Shown: in pieces, positions 9,945 to 20,523 of the stretch
Numbering within the stretch: position 1 is the first letter of the stretch
Layout of the letters: each line of letters opens with the position of its first letter
Assembly: GCF_000012925.1 (NCBI RefSeq)
Contig: NC_007517.1
Coordinates: forward strand, 1,440,001-1,472,000
DNA: 32,000 nt
DNA from: Geobacter metallireducens GS-15
GTDB taxonomy: Bacteria > Desulfobacterota > Desulfuromonadia > Geobacterales > Geobacteraceae
Direction: 5' to 3'
Notes under the pieces: model-generated
Databases searched by the model: none
The model's input: the letters and a program-made list of their open reading frames with translations, nothing else
Told to the model about the DNA's origin: nothing
Translations under genes and position numbers: made by a program

Positions 9945-11114
9945 ATGGAGATGAAGGACTATATTTTTACCTCCGAATCGGTTTCCGAGGGACATCCCGA
10001 CAAGGTCGCGGATCAGGTGTCGGATTCCATTCTTGATGCGATTCTTGCACAGGATCCCAGGGCCCGCGTTGCCTGCGAAACCCTGGTAACTACCGGTATG
10101 GCGGTTATTGCCGGCGAGATCACCACGAGTGCCGTGGTGGACTATCCGAAGGTTGTCCGCGAGACCATCCGGGAGATCGGCTACAACGACTCGGCCATGG
10201 GGTTCGACTGGGAAACCTGCGCGGTGCTCGTTTCCATTGACAAACAGTCCCCTGACATCTCCCAGGGGGTCACGGAGGGCGAGGGGATGTTCAAGGAGCA
10301 GGGGGCCGGCGACCAGGGGCTCATGTTCGGCTATGCCTGCACCGAAACCCCCGAACTCATGCCGATGTCCATCACCTATGCCCACAAGCTGACCCAGAAG
10401 CTGGCCGAGGTGCGCAAGAACGGTGTGCTGGACTTCCTTCGTCCCGACTCCAAGTCCCAAGTCTCCGTCGAATATGTGGACGACAAGCCGGTGCGCGTCG
10501 ATACGGTCGTCATCTCATCCCAGCATACGCCGGAGGTTTCCTACGAAGCCATCAAGGAAGGGATCATCGAGGAGGTCGTGAAGAAGATCATCCCGGCCCA
10601 CCTCATGGACGAACGGACCCGCATGCTCATCAACCCCACCGGCCGCTTTGTCGTCGGCGGTCCCATGGGTGACTGCGGCCTGACCGGGCGCAAGATCATC
10701 GTCGACAGCTACGGCGGCCATGGTGCCCATGGCGGCGGCGCCTTCTCCGGCAAGGACCCCTCGAAAGTGGACCGCTCTGCCGCCTACATGGGGCGTTACG
10801 TTGCCAAGAACCTGGTAGCCGCCGGCCTGTGCGAGAAGTGCGAGGTTCAGGTAGCCTACGCCATCGGCGTTGCCGAGCCGGTTTCGGTCATGGTCGATAC
10901 CGCCGGCACCGGCAAGATCTCCTCCAAGCGGATTGCCGAGATCGTCCGCGAGGTCTTCGACCTGCGGCCGCGCGCCATCATCGAGCAGCTGGACCTTCTC
11001 CGCCCCATTTATCGCAAGACCGCCGCTTACGGTCACTTTGGCCGTGAGCTGCCCGAGTTCACCTGGGAGCGGACCGACAAGGTGTATATGATCCGCCAGA
11101 AGGCGGGAATCTAG
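9945..11114 (+). CDS. metK: S-adenosylmethionine synthetase
   Basis: It begins [20 protein letters not shown] and contains [12 protein letters not shown] and [16 protein letters not shown]. The ATG at 9945 lies 9 nt after GAGGAGGAA. The track ORF starts at an upstream TTG (9894). Confidence 0.97.
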   Translation: MEMKDYIFTSESVSEGHPDKVADQVSDSILDAILAQDPRARVACETLVTTGMAVIAGEITTSAVVDYPKVVRETIREIGYNDSAMGFDWETCAVLVSIDKQSPDISQGVTEGEGMFKEQGAGDQGLMFGYACTETPELMPMSITYAHKLTQKLAEVRKNGVLDFLRPDSKSQVSVEYVDDKPVRVDTVVISSQHTPEVSYEAIKEGIIEEVVKKIIPAHLMDERTRMLINPTGRFVVGGPMGDCGLTGRKIIVDSYGGHGAHGGGAFSGKDPSKVDRSAAYMGRYVAKNLVAAGLCEKCEVQVAYAIGVAEPVSVMVDTAGTGKISSKRIAEIVREVFDLRPRAIIEQLDLLRPIYRKTAAYGHFGRELPEFTWERTDKVYMIRQKAGI

Positions 11115-11203
11115 CGAGATAGTAAGATAGTAAGTAGCGAGATAGTAAAAAGGCCGGATGACTTTGCGTCACCCGGCCTTTTCTCCTTTTGTATCCTACT
11201 CCT

Positions 11204-11224
<21 letters not shown>
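11112..11224. repeat. Three copies of the 11-mer AGCGAGATAGT (two direct, one inverted) plus a GATAGTAA triplet, bracketing the metK terminator
   Basis: TAGCGAGATAGTAA occurs at 11112-11125 and 11135-11148, with an extra GATAGTAA at 11126-11133. The inverted copy ACTATCTCGCT lies within 11211-11224 and encodes the last residues (SEIVRS) of the response regulator. Confidence 0.6.
11147..11190. terminator. Bidirectional intrinsic terminator between convergent metK and the response regulator
   Basis: The stem pairs GGCCGGATGAC (11152-11162) with GTCACCCGGCC (11168-11178), 11 bp with one mismatch, around the loop TTTGC. It is flanked by AAAAA upstream and TTTTCTCCTTTT downstream. Confidence 0.75.
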
Positions 11225-11922
<698 letters not shown>

Positions 11923-11926
<4 letters not shown>

Positions 11927-12879
11927 GGGGAGCCCCTCTTACGGCGGGGGAGGGGGAGGCTGATGATGAAGCTAGTCCCCTCTCCGATACCCGCGCTCGT
12001 GGCGGTTACGGTTCCGCCGTGCTCCTTTACCACTGACTTGACGATCCAGAGACCGAGGCCGGTCCCCCGGATGGCCTCGCCACTGCTGCGGATGCGGTAG
12101 AACTTTCGGAAGACATTCTTGAGGTCTTTCCGGTCTATCCCTTTGCCGTTGTCCTGGAAGGAGAGGGTGCAGCGGTTCCCATCCCGTTTCAGCGTTACGC
12201 GGATCTCCGGGGCACCGATGCTGTACAGGATCGCGTTCTCGAACAGGTTCCGCAGAACCGTTTCCATCCCCTCCACATCGATGGCCGCCGAAATCCCTTT
12301 TTCAATGTCGAGGATCACGTTCCCTCCCTCGGGGAGAACGTGGCGTTGCTGGTCCATGTACCGGGTCACCAGGGCGGAAAAATCCACCACCGGGTACTGG
12401 GAGGCACGGCGCCGCTGTTCAAGCTTGGCGACCATCAGGATATTGCTGGTGAGGTTGTCGAGCCGGTCGATATCCACGAGCATGGTATCGAGGAACCGTT
12501 CCAGCTTCTCGGGAGGAGGCTTGCGGAGACGGATCGTCTCAAGGTGGAGCTTGATGGAGGCCAAGGGCGACTTGAGCTCGTGGGTCGCCTGGGAGATGAA
12601 GTCCTTCTGTTCCAGGTTCAGGTTCGACTGGCGGCGCCAGTAGATGAAGATGACGTAGACCCCCACCAGGATGATGACGAGGAGTACGATCCCCTCCACG
12701 AGCACCGCCCAGTCGAAGCCGCGGCCCAGGAGTTCGGGGCGGTAGCGTTCGGCCAGTTCCCGGAACTCCTTGTGGCGACCCACGAACCAGGTGATCCAGA
12801 AAAAAACCAGGAGCCCCCAGACAACCTGGATGCCGATCAGGGCCATGAGGGGATTTACGAGTCTCTTCAGCCACTTCAT
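11923..12879 (-). CDS. Sensor histidine kinase (two TM helices, HisKA + HATPase_c, no obvious sensor, HAMP or PAS domain)
   Basis: The H-box ISQATHELKSPLASI follows TM2 directly. N, G1 and G2 boxes are present (LFENAILYS, DNGKGI, GTGLGLWIV). The stop overlaps the regulator start (ATGA). I chose the ATG at 12879 (MKWLKRL...); the track ORF extends to 12948. Confidence 0.85.
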
Positions 12880-13009
12880 GGTGTTTTGTGTAGCACCCCC
12901 CTGTCTCGTTTGCAAGGGAGGATTTCGTTTTACAAAAGTATTACACATGGAGTGGTTACGATTCTGCTATGGTTGCCGAGGTAAAACACACCGGTAAGGG
13001 AGGAATTTG

Positions 13010-14095
13010 ATGGGACCGCTGAAGATCGGCAAGCATGAGGCAAGGTATCCGCTCATCCAGGGAGGGATGGGGGTTCGCATCTCAGGGTGGAGGCTTGCGG
13101 GGCACGTGGCCAGGTGCGGCGGCGTGGGGCTCGTGGCCACTGCCGGCATTACTCTCAACAGCGGCCTCTACACCGGTTCTAATTACCTCCAGTCCAATCC
13201 AGAGGCGCTTCGACAGGAGCTGCGCAAGGCTTACGAAGTTGCTCCCGACGGGGTAATCGGCGTTAACATCATGGTGGCGCTCGCCGATTATGAAGAGCTC
13301 GTCCAGGCTTCCATCGAGGGTGGCGCCAAGGTGATAGTCTGCGGAGCGGGTCTGCCCATGACGCTTCCCGGCCTTACCGCCCACGCCCCTGATGTGGCCA
13401 TCGTACCGATCGTGTCCTCGCTTCGTGCTGCCCAGCTCATCGCCAAAAAGTGGGATAAAGGATACGGCCGTCTTCCCGATGCGGTTGTTGTGGAAGACCC
13501 CGACACCGCCGGCGGTCACCTGGGTGAAAAGCTGGAAAACATCGGTACCGGTGACTATGACCAGTACGGCACCATCCGGTCCATAAAGGAATTCTTCCGC
13601 TCCGAATACGGTAAAGAGATACCGATTATCGCCGCAGGGGGTATTTGGGACCGTGCCGACGTCCTCCACGCCATTGCCGAAGGGGCCGACGGTGTTCAGA
13701 TGGCGAGCCGCTTCGTGCCGACGGTTGAGTGCGATGCCGAAGACGCCTACAAGCAGATGTACCTCGATTGCCGCAAGGAGGATATCGGCCTCATCATGAG
13801 CCCGGCGGGGCTTCCGGGGCGAGCCATCCTCAGCAATCAGGAGAATATAACTCTTTATGATGAGACAAACGCAACTTCCTGCAGCAATGCTTGCCTGAAG
13901 AAATGCTCCTACAAGGAAAGCGGCGAGCGGTTTTGCATCGTAAGTGCCCTCGACCGGGCCCAGCAGGGAGATGTGGAGTCGGGGCTCGTCTTCTGCGGTA
14001 CCAACGCCTGGAAGGCCGACCGCATCACCACCGTTCAGGAAATCTTCGACGAGCTCTTCGCCGAGGAGGCCGGTCAGGCAGAAAAGGCCGCATAA
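13010..14095 (+). CDS. NAD(P)H-dependent flavin oxidoreductase, nitronate monooxygenase / FabK-like family
   Basis: The N-terminus YPLIQGGMGVRISG and the FMN-binding IAAGGIWD...GADGVQMASRF are typical of the NMO/2-nitropropane dioxygenase fold. The ATG at 13010 lies 6 nt after GGAGG; the track starts one codon earlier at a TTG. Confidence 0.85.
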   Translation: MGPLKIGKHEARYPLIQGGMGVRISGWRLAGHVARCGGVGLVATAGITLNSGLYTGSNYLQSNPEALRQELRKAYEVAPDGVIGVNIMVALADYEELVQASIEGGAKVIVCGAGLPMTLPGLTAHAPDVAIVPIVSSLRAAQLIAKKWDKGYGRLPDAVVVEDPDTAGGHLGEKLENIGTGDYDQYGTIRSIKEFFRSEYGKEIPIIAAGGIWDRADVLHAIAEGADGVQMASRFVPTVECDAEDAYKQMYLDCRKEDIGLIMSPAGLPGRAILSNQENITLYDETNATSCSNACLKKCSYKESGERFCIVSALDRAQQGDVESGLVFCGTNAWKADRITTVQEIFDELFAEEAGQAEKAA

Positions 14096-14120
14096 GTCGT
14101 TTTCTTTGACGCACAGAGGA

Positions 14121-14151
14121 AAAGGGGTACCAGCAGGTGCCCCTTTTTTTT
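14121..14151 (+). terminator. Intrinsic terminator after the NMO-like gene
   Basis: GGGGTACC (14124-14131), loop AGCA, GGTGCCCC (14136-14143), with one G-U pair. A run of eight T follows (14144-14151). Confidence 0.8.
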
Positions 14152-14171
14152 GTTGGAGCGGGAATTCGACT

Positions 14172-14201
14172 TTGACCCTGCAGTGCCATAGATGTTATAA
14201 A
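14172..14201 (+). promoter_or_regulatory. Candidate sigma-70 promoter of ahcY (TTGACC-18 nt-TATAAA)
   Basis: -35 TTGACC at 14172-14177 and -10 TATAAA at 14196-14201, about 50 nt upstream of the ahcY ATG. SD ACGGAGGA lies before the start. Confidence 0.5.
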
Positions 14202-14254
14202 ATTTCTTTGCCTGTTGCTGTGATACCAAATAACCATAACCAACGGAGGATACG

Positions 14255-15685
<1,431 letters not shown>

Positions 15686-15702
15686 TTGGTGCCGAAGTAA
15701 GA

Positions 15703-15745
15703 AGAAAGGCCGTCGGGAATGAATCCCGGCGGCCTTTCTGTTTTT
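15703..15745. terminator. Bidirectional intrinsic terminator between convergent ahcY and pepF
   Basis: A 12-bp stem pairs AGGCCGTCGGGA (15707-15718) with TCCCGGCGGCCT (15724-15735), with one G-U pair, around the loop ATGAA. It has A-rich 5' and T-rich 3' flanks (TTCTGTTTTT). Confidence 0.8.
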
Positions 15746-15762
15746 GCATGCATCGTGCGAAC

Positions 15763-17544
15763 TTACTGTTTCGCCACCAATCCCTTCAACTCTTCGATCA
15801 GCTCCGCCAGAAAATCATACCCCTTCTGCCAGAAGTGGGGATCGGCCAGGTCGATTCCCGCGGGCTTCACCGTGTCTGCCGGCGACAGGGAGCCGCCGCT
15901 TTCCAGGATTCCCACATAGGTGGGGATGAACGTTTCGCCGTCCTCCAGGTATTTGCGGTAGAGGGAAAGGACCAGAAGCTCCGCGAAAGTGTAGGAGTAG
16001 CAGTAGAAGCGGGCATGGATGAAGTGGGAGATGTAGCTCCACCCCCAGCGGTAGGGCTCGATCATCTCCACGGCGTCGCCGTAGAGCTTGCCGTTCTCCT
16101 CCCACCAGAGGTCACAGAGCCGTGATGAGGTCAGGAGCCCCTCCTTCCGCTCCTTGTGCATCCGTTCCTCGAAGCGGGTGAGGACGTTCTGGCGGAAGGT
16201 GGTGGCGATGATATCCTCGATCTTGGCGCAGAGAAGGGCGATCTTCACTTGCGGGTCGGATTCCCGTTCAAGAAGGAACCGGGTCAGGAGCATCTCGCCA
16301 AAGACCGACGCCGTTTCCGCCAGAGGAAGCGGTGCGTGGTAGTTGAGCATGGTCTGCTTCTGGGCCAGGACGAAGTGGAGCCCGTGCCCCAGTTCGTGGG
16401 CCAGGGTCGCCACGTCGCGCAGGTTGCCGGTGAAGTTCAGGAGCACATACGGGGAGAGGCTCGGCGTCATCCCCATGCAGAACGCGCCTCCTCCCTTGCC
16501 GGGGCGTGGCAGCACGTCAATACGCCGCTCGGCGAAAAAGGCGGCGCAGATGTCGCGGAAGCGGGGCTGGAAGGCACCATAGGCCTCCAGGACCAAGTCC
16601 CGGGCCTCCTCGAAGGTGTAATGGCGGTCCGTTTCGCCAGCCGGGGCGTAGACATCAGTATTTTTGAGCTTCGGAAGCCCCAGGAGCCGCGCCTTGAGGC
16701 GGAAATAGTCCCGGGCCAGGCCGTAGTTGGCCTCAGAGACATCCATGAGACGATTCACCACTTCTTCGGGGATTTCGTTCCCCAGGTTGGTGGGCTCCAT
16801 GGGGTGGCGGTAGCTGCGGAGCTCCAATTCCTGGCCGTGGTCGAGAGCCACGGTGTTGAAGATGGCACCGAGGGCGATCCCCTCCTCCTCGTGGCGCCTG
16901 AGGAAGATGGCGAAGGCCCGCTCCCGCACTGTTGCGTCTGGATGATGGAGGAGCCCCAGGAGCTCCTCGCCGGTGAATTCCCGTTCTTCCCCGTCCAGTT
17001 CCATCCGGTAGCGGAAGGATGCCGACAGCTCGTCAAAGAGCCGGGTGAAGGCCTCGGCCCCCGTGAGGTTCTTCAGCTTCAGGAGCTGCTCCTCCCGCTC
17101 CGTGAGGGTGTGGGGCTTGAATTTGCGCACGCTCTCCAGGTAGTGGCGGTAGCCGGCCAAGCCACCGTCCGCGACAATCTCCGCGAAACCCCCGTCGGGG
17201 ATCTCCATGATCTCCAGATCGAAGAAGAGGAGCTCACGCCCCATGAGGTTGCCGAACTCGGCAGTCCGTTGGGAGAGCTTCTTGTGCTCGTCGTTCCCGG
17301 CGTCGGCAGCGAAGAGGAGATGGGCGTAAAGCTGGGGTTTCACAAGAAGCTCCGTGAGGGCCTCGTAACGCCGGAGAGCTTCCAGAAGTCCGGCTGCATC
17401 GAGGGAGGCGACCTTCCCCAGGTAGGCTACCCGGAATGCTTTCGTCTCGGCGGCTCCTGAGGCGAGATCGGCTTCGAGTTCCGGTGCGTGTGCATGGTAG
17501 AGGGGATCGGTGTCCCAGAGCATGGCGGTGATGTCGGTAGTCAT
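15763..17544 (-). CDS. pepF: Oligoendopeptidase F (M3B family zinc metallopeptidase)
   Basis: The zinc motif is TLAHELGHGLH. The start MTTDITAMLWD at 17544 follows GAAAGGA. The track ORF (to 17952) adds about 135 upstream codons that overlap the Smr gene in antisense and lack an SD. Confidence 0.9.
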   Translation of the reverse strand: MTTDITAMLWDTDPLYHAHAPELEADLASGAAETKAFRVAYLGKVASLDAAGLLEALRRYEALTELLVKPQLYAHLLFAADAGNDEHKKLSQRTAEFGNLMGRELLFFDLEIMEIPDGGFAEIVADGGLAGYRHYLESVRKFKPHTLTEREEQLLKLKNLTGAEAFTRLFDELSASFRYRMELDGEEREFTGEELLGLLHHPDATVRERAFAIFLRRHEEEGIALGAIFNTVALDHGQELELRSYRHPMEPTNLGNEIPEEVVNRLMDVSEANYGLARDYFRLKARLLGLPKLKNTDVYAPAGETDRHYTFEEARDLVLEAYGAFQPRFRDICAAFFAERRIDVLPRPGKGGGAFCMGMTPSLSPYVLLNFTGNLRDVATLAHELGHGLHFVLAQKQTMLNYHAPLPLAETASVFGEMLLTRFLLERESDPQVKIALLCAKIEDIIATTFRQNVLTRFEERMHKERKEGLLTSSRLCDLWWEENGKLYGDAVEMIEPYRWGWSYISHFIHARFYCYSYTFAELLVLSLYRKYLEDGETFIPTYVGILESGGSLSPADTVKPAGIDLADPHFWQKGYDFLAELIEELKGLVAKQ

Positions 17545-17673
17545 GGCAATCCTTTCAGGGAAAATGGGCGGTTGCGTTGCACTCCCATTCTGGATTACCA
17601 CAGGGGAGGGAGAAATCAATAGCGTTTTTGAAAGGAAGGGGAGATACTTCGGGCTTCCGAGGATAATACATCC

Positions 17674-17946
17674 ATGATCGAAGACCTGACCATTGAACTG
17701 CCCATCGACGGGACTCTCGATCTCCATACTTTCCGGCCCGGCGAGGTGAAGGATCTCGTCCCCGACTACCTGGCGGCCTGCCGCGAGCGGGGGATCTACT
17801 CGGTGCGGATCATCCACGGCAAGGGTACCGGAACTCTGCGCCGGACCGTCCACGCCATCCTGGAACGGCTTGACGTTGTGGCCTCGTTCCGGCTTGCGGG
17901 AGAGGATGCCGCGACGCTGGTGGAATTGTGGCGGGATCGTCCCTGA
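17674..17946 (+). CDS. Stand-alone Smr domain protein
   Basis: 90 aa with LDLHTFRPGE and IIHGKGTGTLRRTV, which are the Smr DLH(G) and HGxG motifs. It is divergent from pepF. Confidence 0.85.
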   Translation: MIEDLTIELPIDGTLDLHTFRPGEVKDLVPDYLAACRERGIYSVRIIHGKGTGTLRRTVHAILERLDVVASFRLAGEDAATLVELWRDRP

Positions 17947-17987
17947 CGGCACGGTGGCAGGAACATACTGAACGTTTTGTCAATGAG

Positions 17988-18012
17988 AAAGGCCCGCAAG
18001 ATGCGGGCCTTT
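17988..18012. terminator. Bidirectional intrinsic terminator between convergent Smr and nrdJ
   Basis: A perfect 11-bp stem pairs AAAGGCCCGCA (17988-17998) with TGCGGGCCTTT (18002-18012) around the loop AGA. The A and T runs are built into the stem ends. Confidence 0.75.
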
Positions 18013-18038
18013 CGTCGTTCATGGTCAGTTGTTGCCGG

Positions 18039-20267
18039 TCAGGCGCATTCGGAATAGCCGCAGACCCGGCAGACGGCGCAGCCGCCTTCGTGCTCCACGA
18101 TGCCGCCGCACTCGGGGCAGGCGCCCCGTTCAGGAGCCGCGGTTTCGAGCCCCACATCGTAGCCGGCAGCCTGCATGTGGGCCTGGATCGCCCTGGCCAC
18201 GGCGTCGGCGCAGGAAAGAACCTTGTTGTCGCCGAAGCCCGCGGGGAGGTGGCAGGAGATGCCGAGAAGCTGCTTGATCACCTGCCGGGCCTGGACGCCG
18301 CTGCGCCAGGCGAGGGACACCATGCGGCCGATGGCCTCGCACTGGGAGGAGGCGCACCCGCCCGCCTTCCCCATGGTGGTGAAGAGCTCGAAAAGCCCGG
18401 CCTTGTCCTCGTTGACGGTGACATAGAGTGGGCCGCAGCCGGTCTGCATCTGGTAGGTCCATCCCTTGAGGGCCTTGGGACGGTCCCGCTTCACGGCCCG
18501 TTTCTCCTCCGTCTGGACAACTTTCTCCTTTTCCTCCTTGGCGCCTGTGGAGAGGACCTGCTCGTCCCGGGAGCCGTCGCGGTAGATGGTGACCCCCTTG
18601 CACTCCAGTTTGTAGGCCAGGCGGTAGACTTTCTCCACCTCTTCGATGGTGGCGGCGTTGGGGAAGTTGACCGTCTTGGAGACGGCGTTGTCGGTGTATT
18701 TCTGGAAGGCGGCCTGCATCTCGATGTGGTCTTCCGGGGTGATGTCGTGGGCGGTCACGAAGACCTTGCGGATATCCTCGGGAATCTCGGCCAGGTCGTG
18801 GACGGTGCCGTGCTGGGCGATCTTCTGCATGAGCTCCTCGGAATAGAAGCCCTGATCCCGGGCAATCTCCTCGAAAATGGGGTTTACCTCCACGAGGATG
18901 TTCTTGTCGAGGACCTGGCGCACGAAGGAGACTGCGAAGAGGGGTTCCACACCGCTGGATGCGTTGGCAATGATGGAGATGGTGCCGGTGGGGGCGATGG
19001 TGGTCACCGTGGCGTTGCGGATGGGGCCTTCTCCCGGCCGGTCAAAGGTGGAACCCACGAAGTTCGGGAACGCTCCCCGCACGGCGGCCAGTTCGCGGGA
19101 ATAGGCGTGCCCCTCGTCGTTAATGAAACGCATCACCTTCTCGCCGAGGCTGATGGCCTCCGGGGAGCTGTAGGGGATCCCCAGGAGGATCAGCATGTCT
19201 GCCCACCCCATGACGCCGAGGCCGATCTTGCGGTTGGAGCGGGTCATGTCGTTGATCTGGGGGAGGGGGTAGTTGTTCACCTCGATGACGTTGTCCAGGA
19301 AGTGGACTCCCAGGCGGATGACCTCCCGCAGGCGCTTCCAGTCCACGTCGCCGTTATTCACCATCTTCCCCAGGTTGATGGAGCCCAGGTTGCATGACTC
19401 GTAGGGGAGGAGCGGCTGCTCGCCGCAGGGGTTGGTGGACTCGATCTCGCCGATGTGGGGAGTCGGGTTGTCCTTGTTGAGGCGGTCCAGGAAGATGATT
19501 CCCGGCTCGCCGTTTTTCCAGGCCTGCTTCACGATGCGGCTGAAGACCTTGCGGGCGTTGAGGGTCCCGCAGGGCTTCCCGTCACGGGGGTTGCGCAGAT
19601 CGTAATCGGCGTCCCTCTCCACCGCCTCCATGAAGGCCTCGGTGAGCCCCACGGAGATGTTGAAGTTGTTGAGGTGCTTCTGGTCATCCTTGCACATGAT
19701 GAAGTCCATGATATCCGGATGATCCACGCGGAGGATCCCCATGTTGGCGCCGCGCCGGGTTCCCCCCTGCTTGATGGTTTCGGTGGCGGCGTCGAAGACC
19801 CGCATGAACGAGATGGGGCCGCTGGAGATGCCCGAGGTGGAACGGACCACGTCGTTGGCCGGACGCAGCCGCGAGAAGGAAAAGCCGGTGCCGCCGCCGG
19901 ACTTGTGGATGAGGGCCGTGTACTTGACCGCGTCGAAGATCTCCTCCATGGAGTCCCCCACAGGGAGGACGAAGCAGGCGGAGAGCTGGCCCAGCTCGCG
20001 CCCCGCGTTCATGAGGGTGGGGGAGTTGGGGAGGAACTCGAAGGAGGTCATCAGGTCGTAGAACTTCTGGGCCAGGGCCTTGGTGTCGGCCTTCTTGTCG
20101 AAATTACGGTCAGCAACGGCAATGGCCTCGGCCACGCGCCGGAACATGTCGGCGGGAGTTTCGAGGACTCTCCCGTCAGTGTCTCGCTTGAGGTATCGCT
20201 TCTCGAGCACGGTGCGGGCGTTCTTCGAAAGGCCGGGGATATCCACTGTCGTCTTCGTTTCTGCCAT
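18039..20267 (-). CDS. nrdJ: Adenosylcobalamin-dependent (class II) ribonucleotide reductase
   Basis: 742 aa. The active-site region is ESTNPCGEQPLLPYESCNLGSINL. The C-terminal Cys-rich tail CPECGGIVEHEGGCAVCRVCGYSEC is typical of class II enzymes. The start MAETKTT at 20267 follows AGGAGAGGAAATT; the track ORF extends to 20375. Confidence 0.93.
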   Translation of the reverse strand: MAETKTTVDIPGLSKNARTVLEKRYLKRDTDGRVLETPADMFRRVAEAIAVADRNFDKKADTKALAQKFYDLMTSFEFLPNSPTLMNAGRELGQLSACFVLPVGDSMEEIFDAVKYTALIHKSGGGTGFSFSRLRPANDVVRSTSGISSGPISFMRVFDAATETIKQGGTRRGANMGILRVDHPDIMDFIMCKDDQKHLNNFNISVGLTEAFMEAVERDADYDLRNPRDGKPCGTLNARKVFSRIVKQAWKNGEPGIIFLDRLNKDNPTPHIGEIESTNPCGEQPLLPYESCNLGSINLGKMVNNGDVDWKRLREVIRLGVHFLDNVIEVNNYPLPQINDMTRSNRKIGLGVMGWADMLILLGIPYSSPEAISLGEKVMRFINDEGHAYSRELAAVRGAFPNFVGSTFDRPGEGPIRNATVTTIAPTGTISIIANASSGVEPLFAVSFVRQVLDKNILVEVNPIFEEIARDQGFYSEELMQKIAQHGTVHDLAEIPEDIRKVFVTAHDITPEDHIEMQAAFQKYTDNAVSKTVNFPNAATIEEVEKVYRLAYKLECKGVTIYRDGSRDEQVLSTGAKEEKEKVVQTEEKRAVKRDRPKALKGWTYQMQTGCGPLYVTVNEDKAGLFELFTTMGKAGGCASSQCEAIGRMVSLAWRSGVQARQVIKQLLGISCHLPAGFGDNKVLSCADAVARAIQAHMQAAGYDVGLETAAPERGACPECGGIVEHEGGCAVCRVCGYSECA

Positions 20268-20320
20268 AATTTCCTCTCCTTGCGCAGTGTTTGGTGAATA
20301 ATGCAGTATAAAGGCTGTTT

Positions 20321-20368
20321 GCCATATATGTTGTGGTGCCGCAAAAGAATATCCACAATATGTATGGC
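20321..20368 (-). promoter_or_regulatory. Tandem NrdR-type operator boxes upstream of nrdJ
   Basis: The two 16-mers are GCCATATATGTTGTGG (20321-20336) and CCACAATATGTATGGC (20353-20368). Each matches 11 of 16 positions of the remembered NrdR-box palindrome acaCwAtATaTwGtgt. Their centres are 32 bp apart, which is the usual tandem spacing. Confidence 0.6.
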
Positions 20369-20375
20369 CTGTCAA
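20346..20375 (-). promoter_or_regulatory. Candidate sigma-70 promoter of nrdJ (TTGACA-18 nt-TATTCT on the minus strand)
   Basis: The minus-strand -35 TTGACA corresponds to plus 20370-20375 and the -10 TATTCT to plus 20346-20351. One NrdR box fills the spacer and the other lies just downstream of the predicted start. Confidence 0.4.
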
Positions 20376-20523
20376 GGGGTAAAAAAAAATGACCTAACGG
20401 GTTGATTCAACAAGGCATTACTCCATCGGCCGATTTGCTGTGTGTGCAGGTGGGGTGCTGGCAATTTACATCCCTGAGGTTTTGTGTTAGTTTTTTTCAT
20501 TTTTCTGGCGGACGGAACAGACC

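Noticed and set aside
17545-17952. Upstream extensions of track ORFs: pepF to 17952, nrdJ to 20375, metK from 9894, the histidine kinase to 12948, hprK from 5554, and the ferredoxin from 28375.
   Set aside because: The extensions lack SDs, add non-homologous N-termini, or overlap neighbouring genes or promoters. Internal starts with good SDs reproduce the canonical N-termini.
20268-20523. I looked for a cobalamin riboswitch on the nrdJ leader and for a c-di-GMP/GEMM riboswitch upstream of the GGDEF gene.
   Set aside because: The nrdJ leader is about 70 nt and is occupied by an NrdR box. The 148-nt region before 20524 lacks the paired GNRA-tetraloop/receptor stems and the ACGCAAAGC-type core of GEMM. 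Only a 5-1-5 palindrome, GTTGATTCAAC, was seen.
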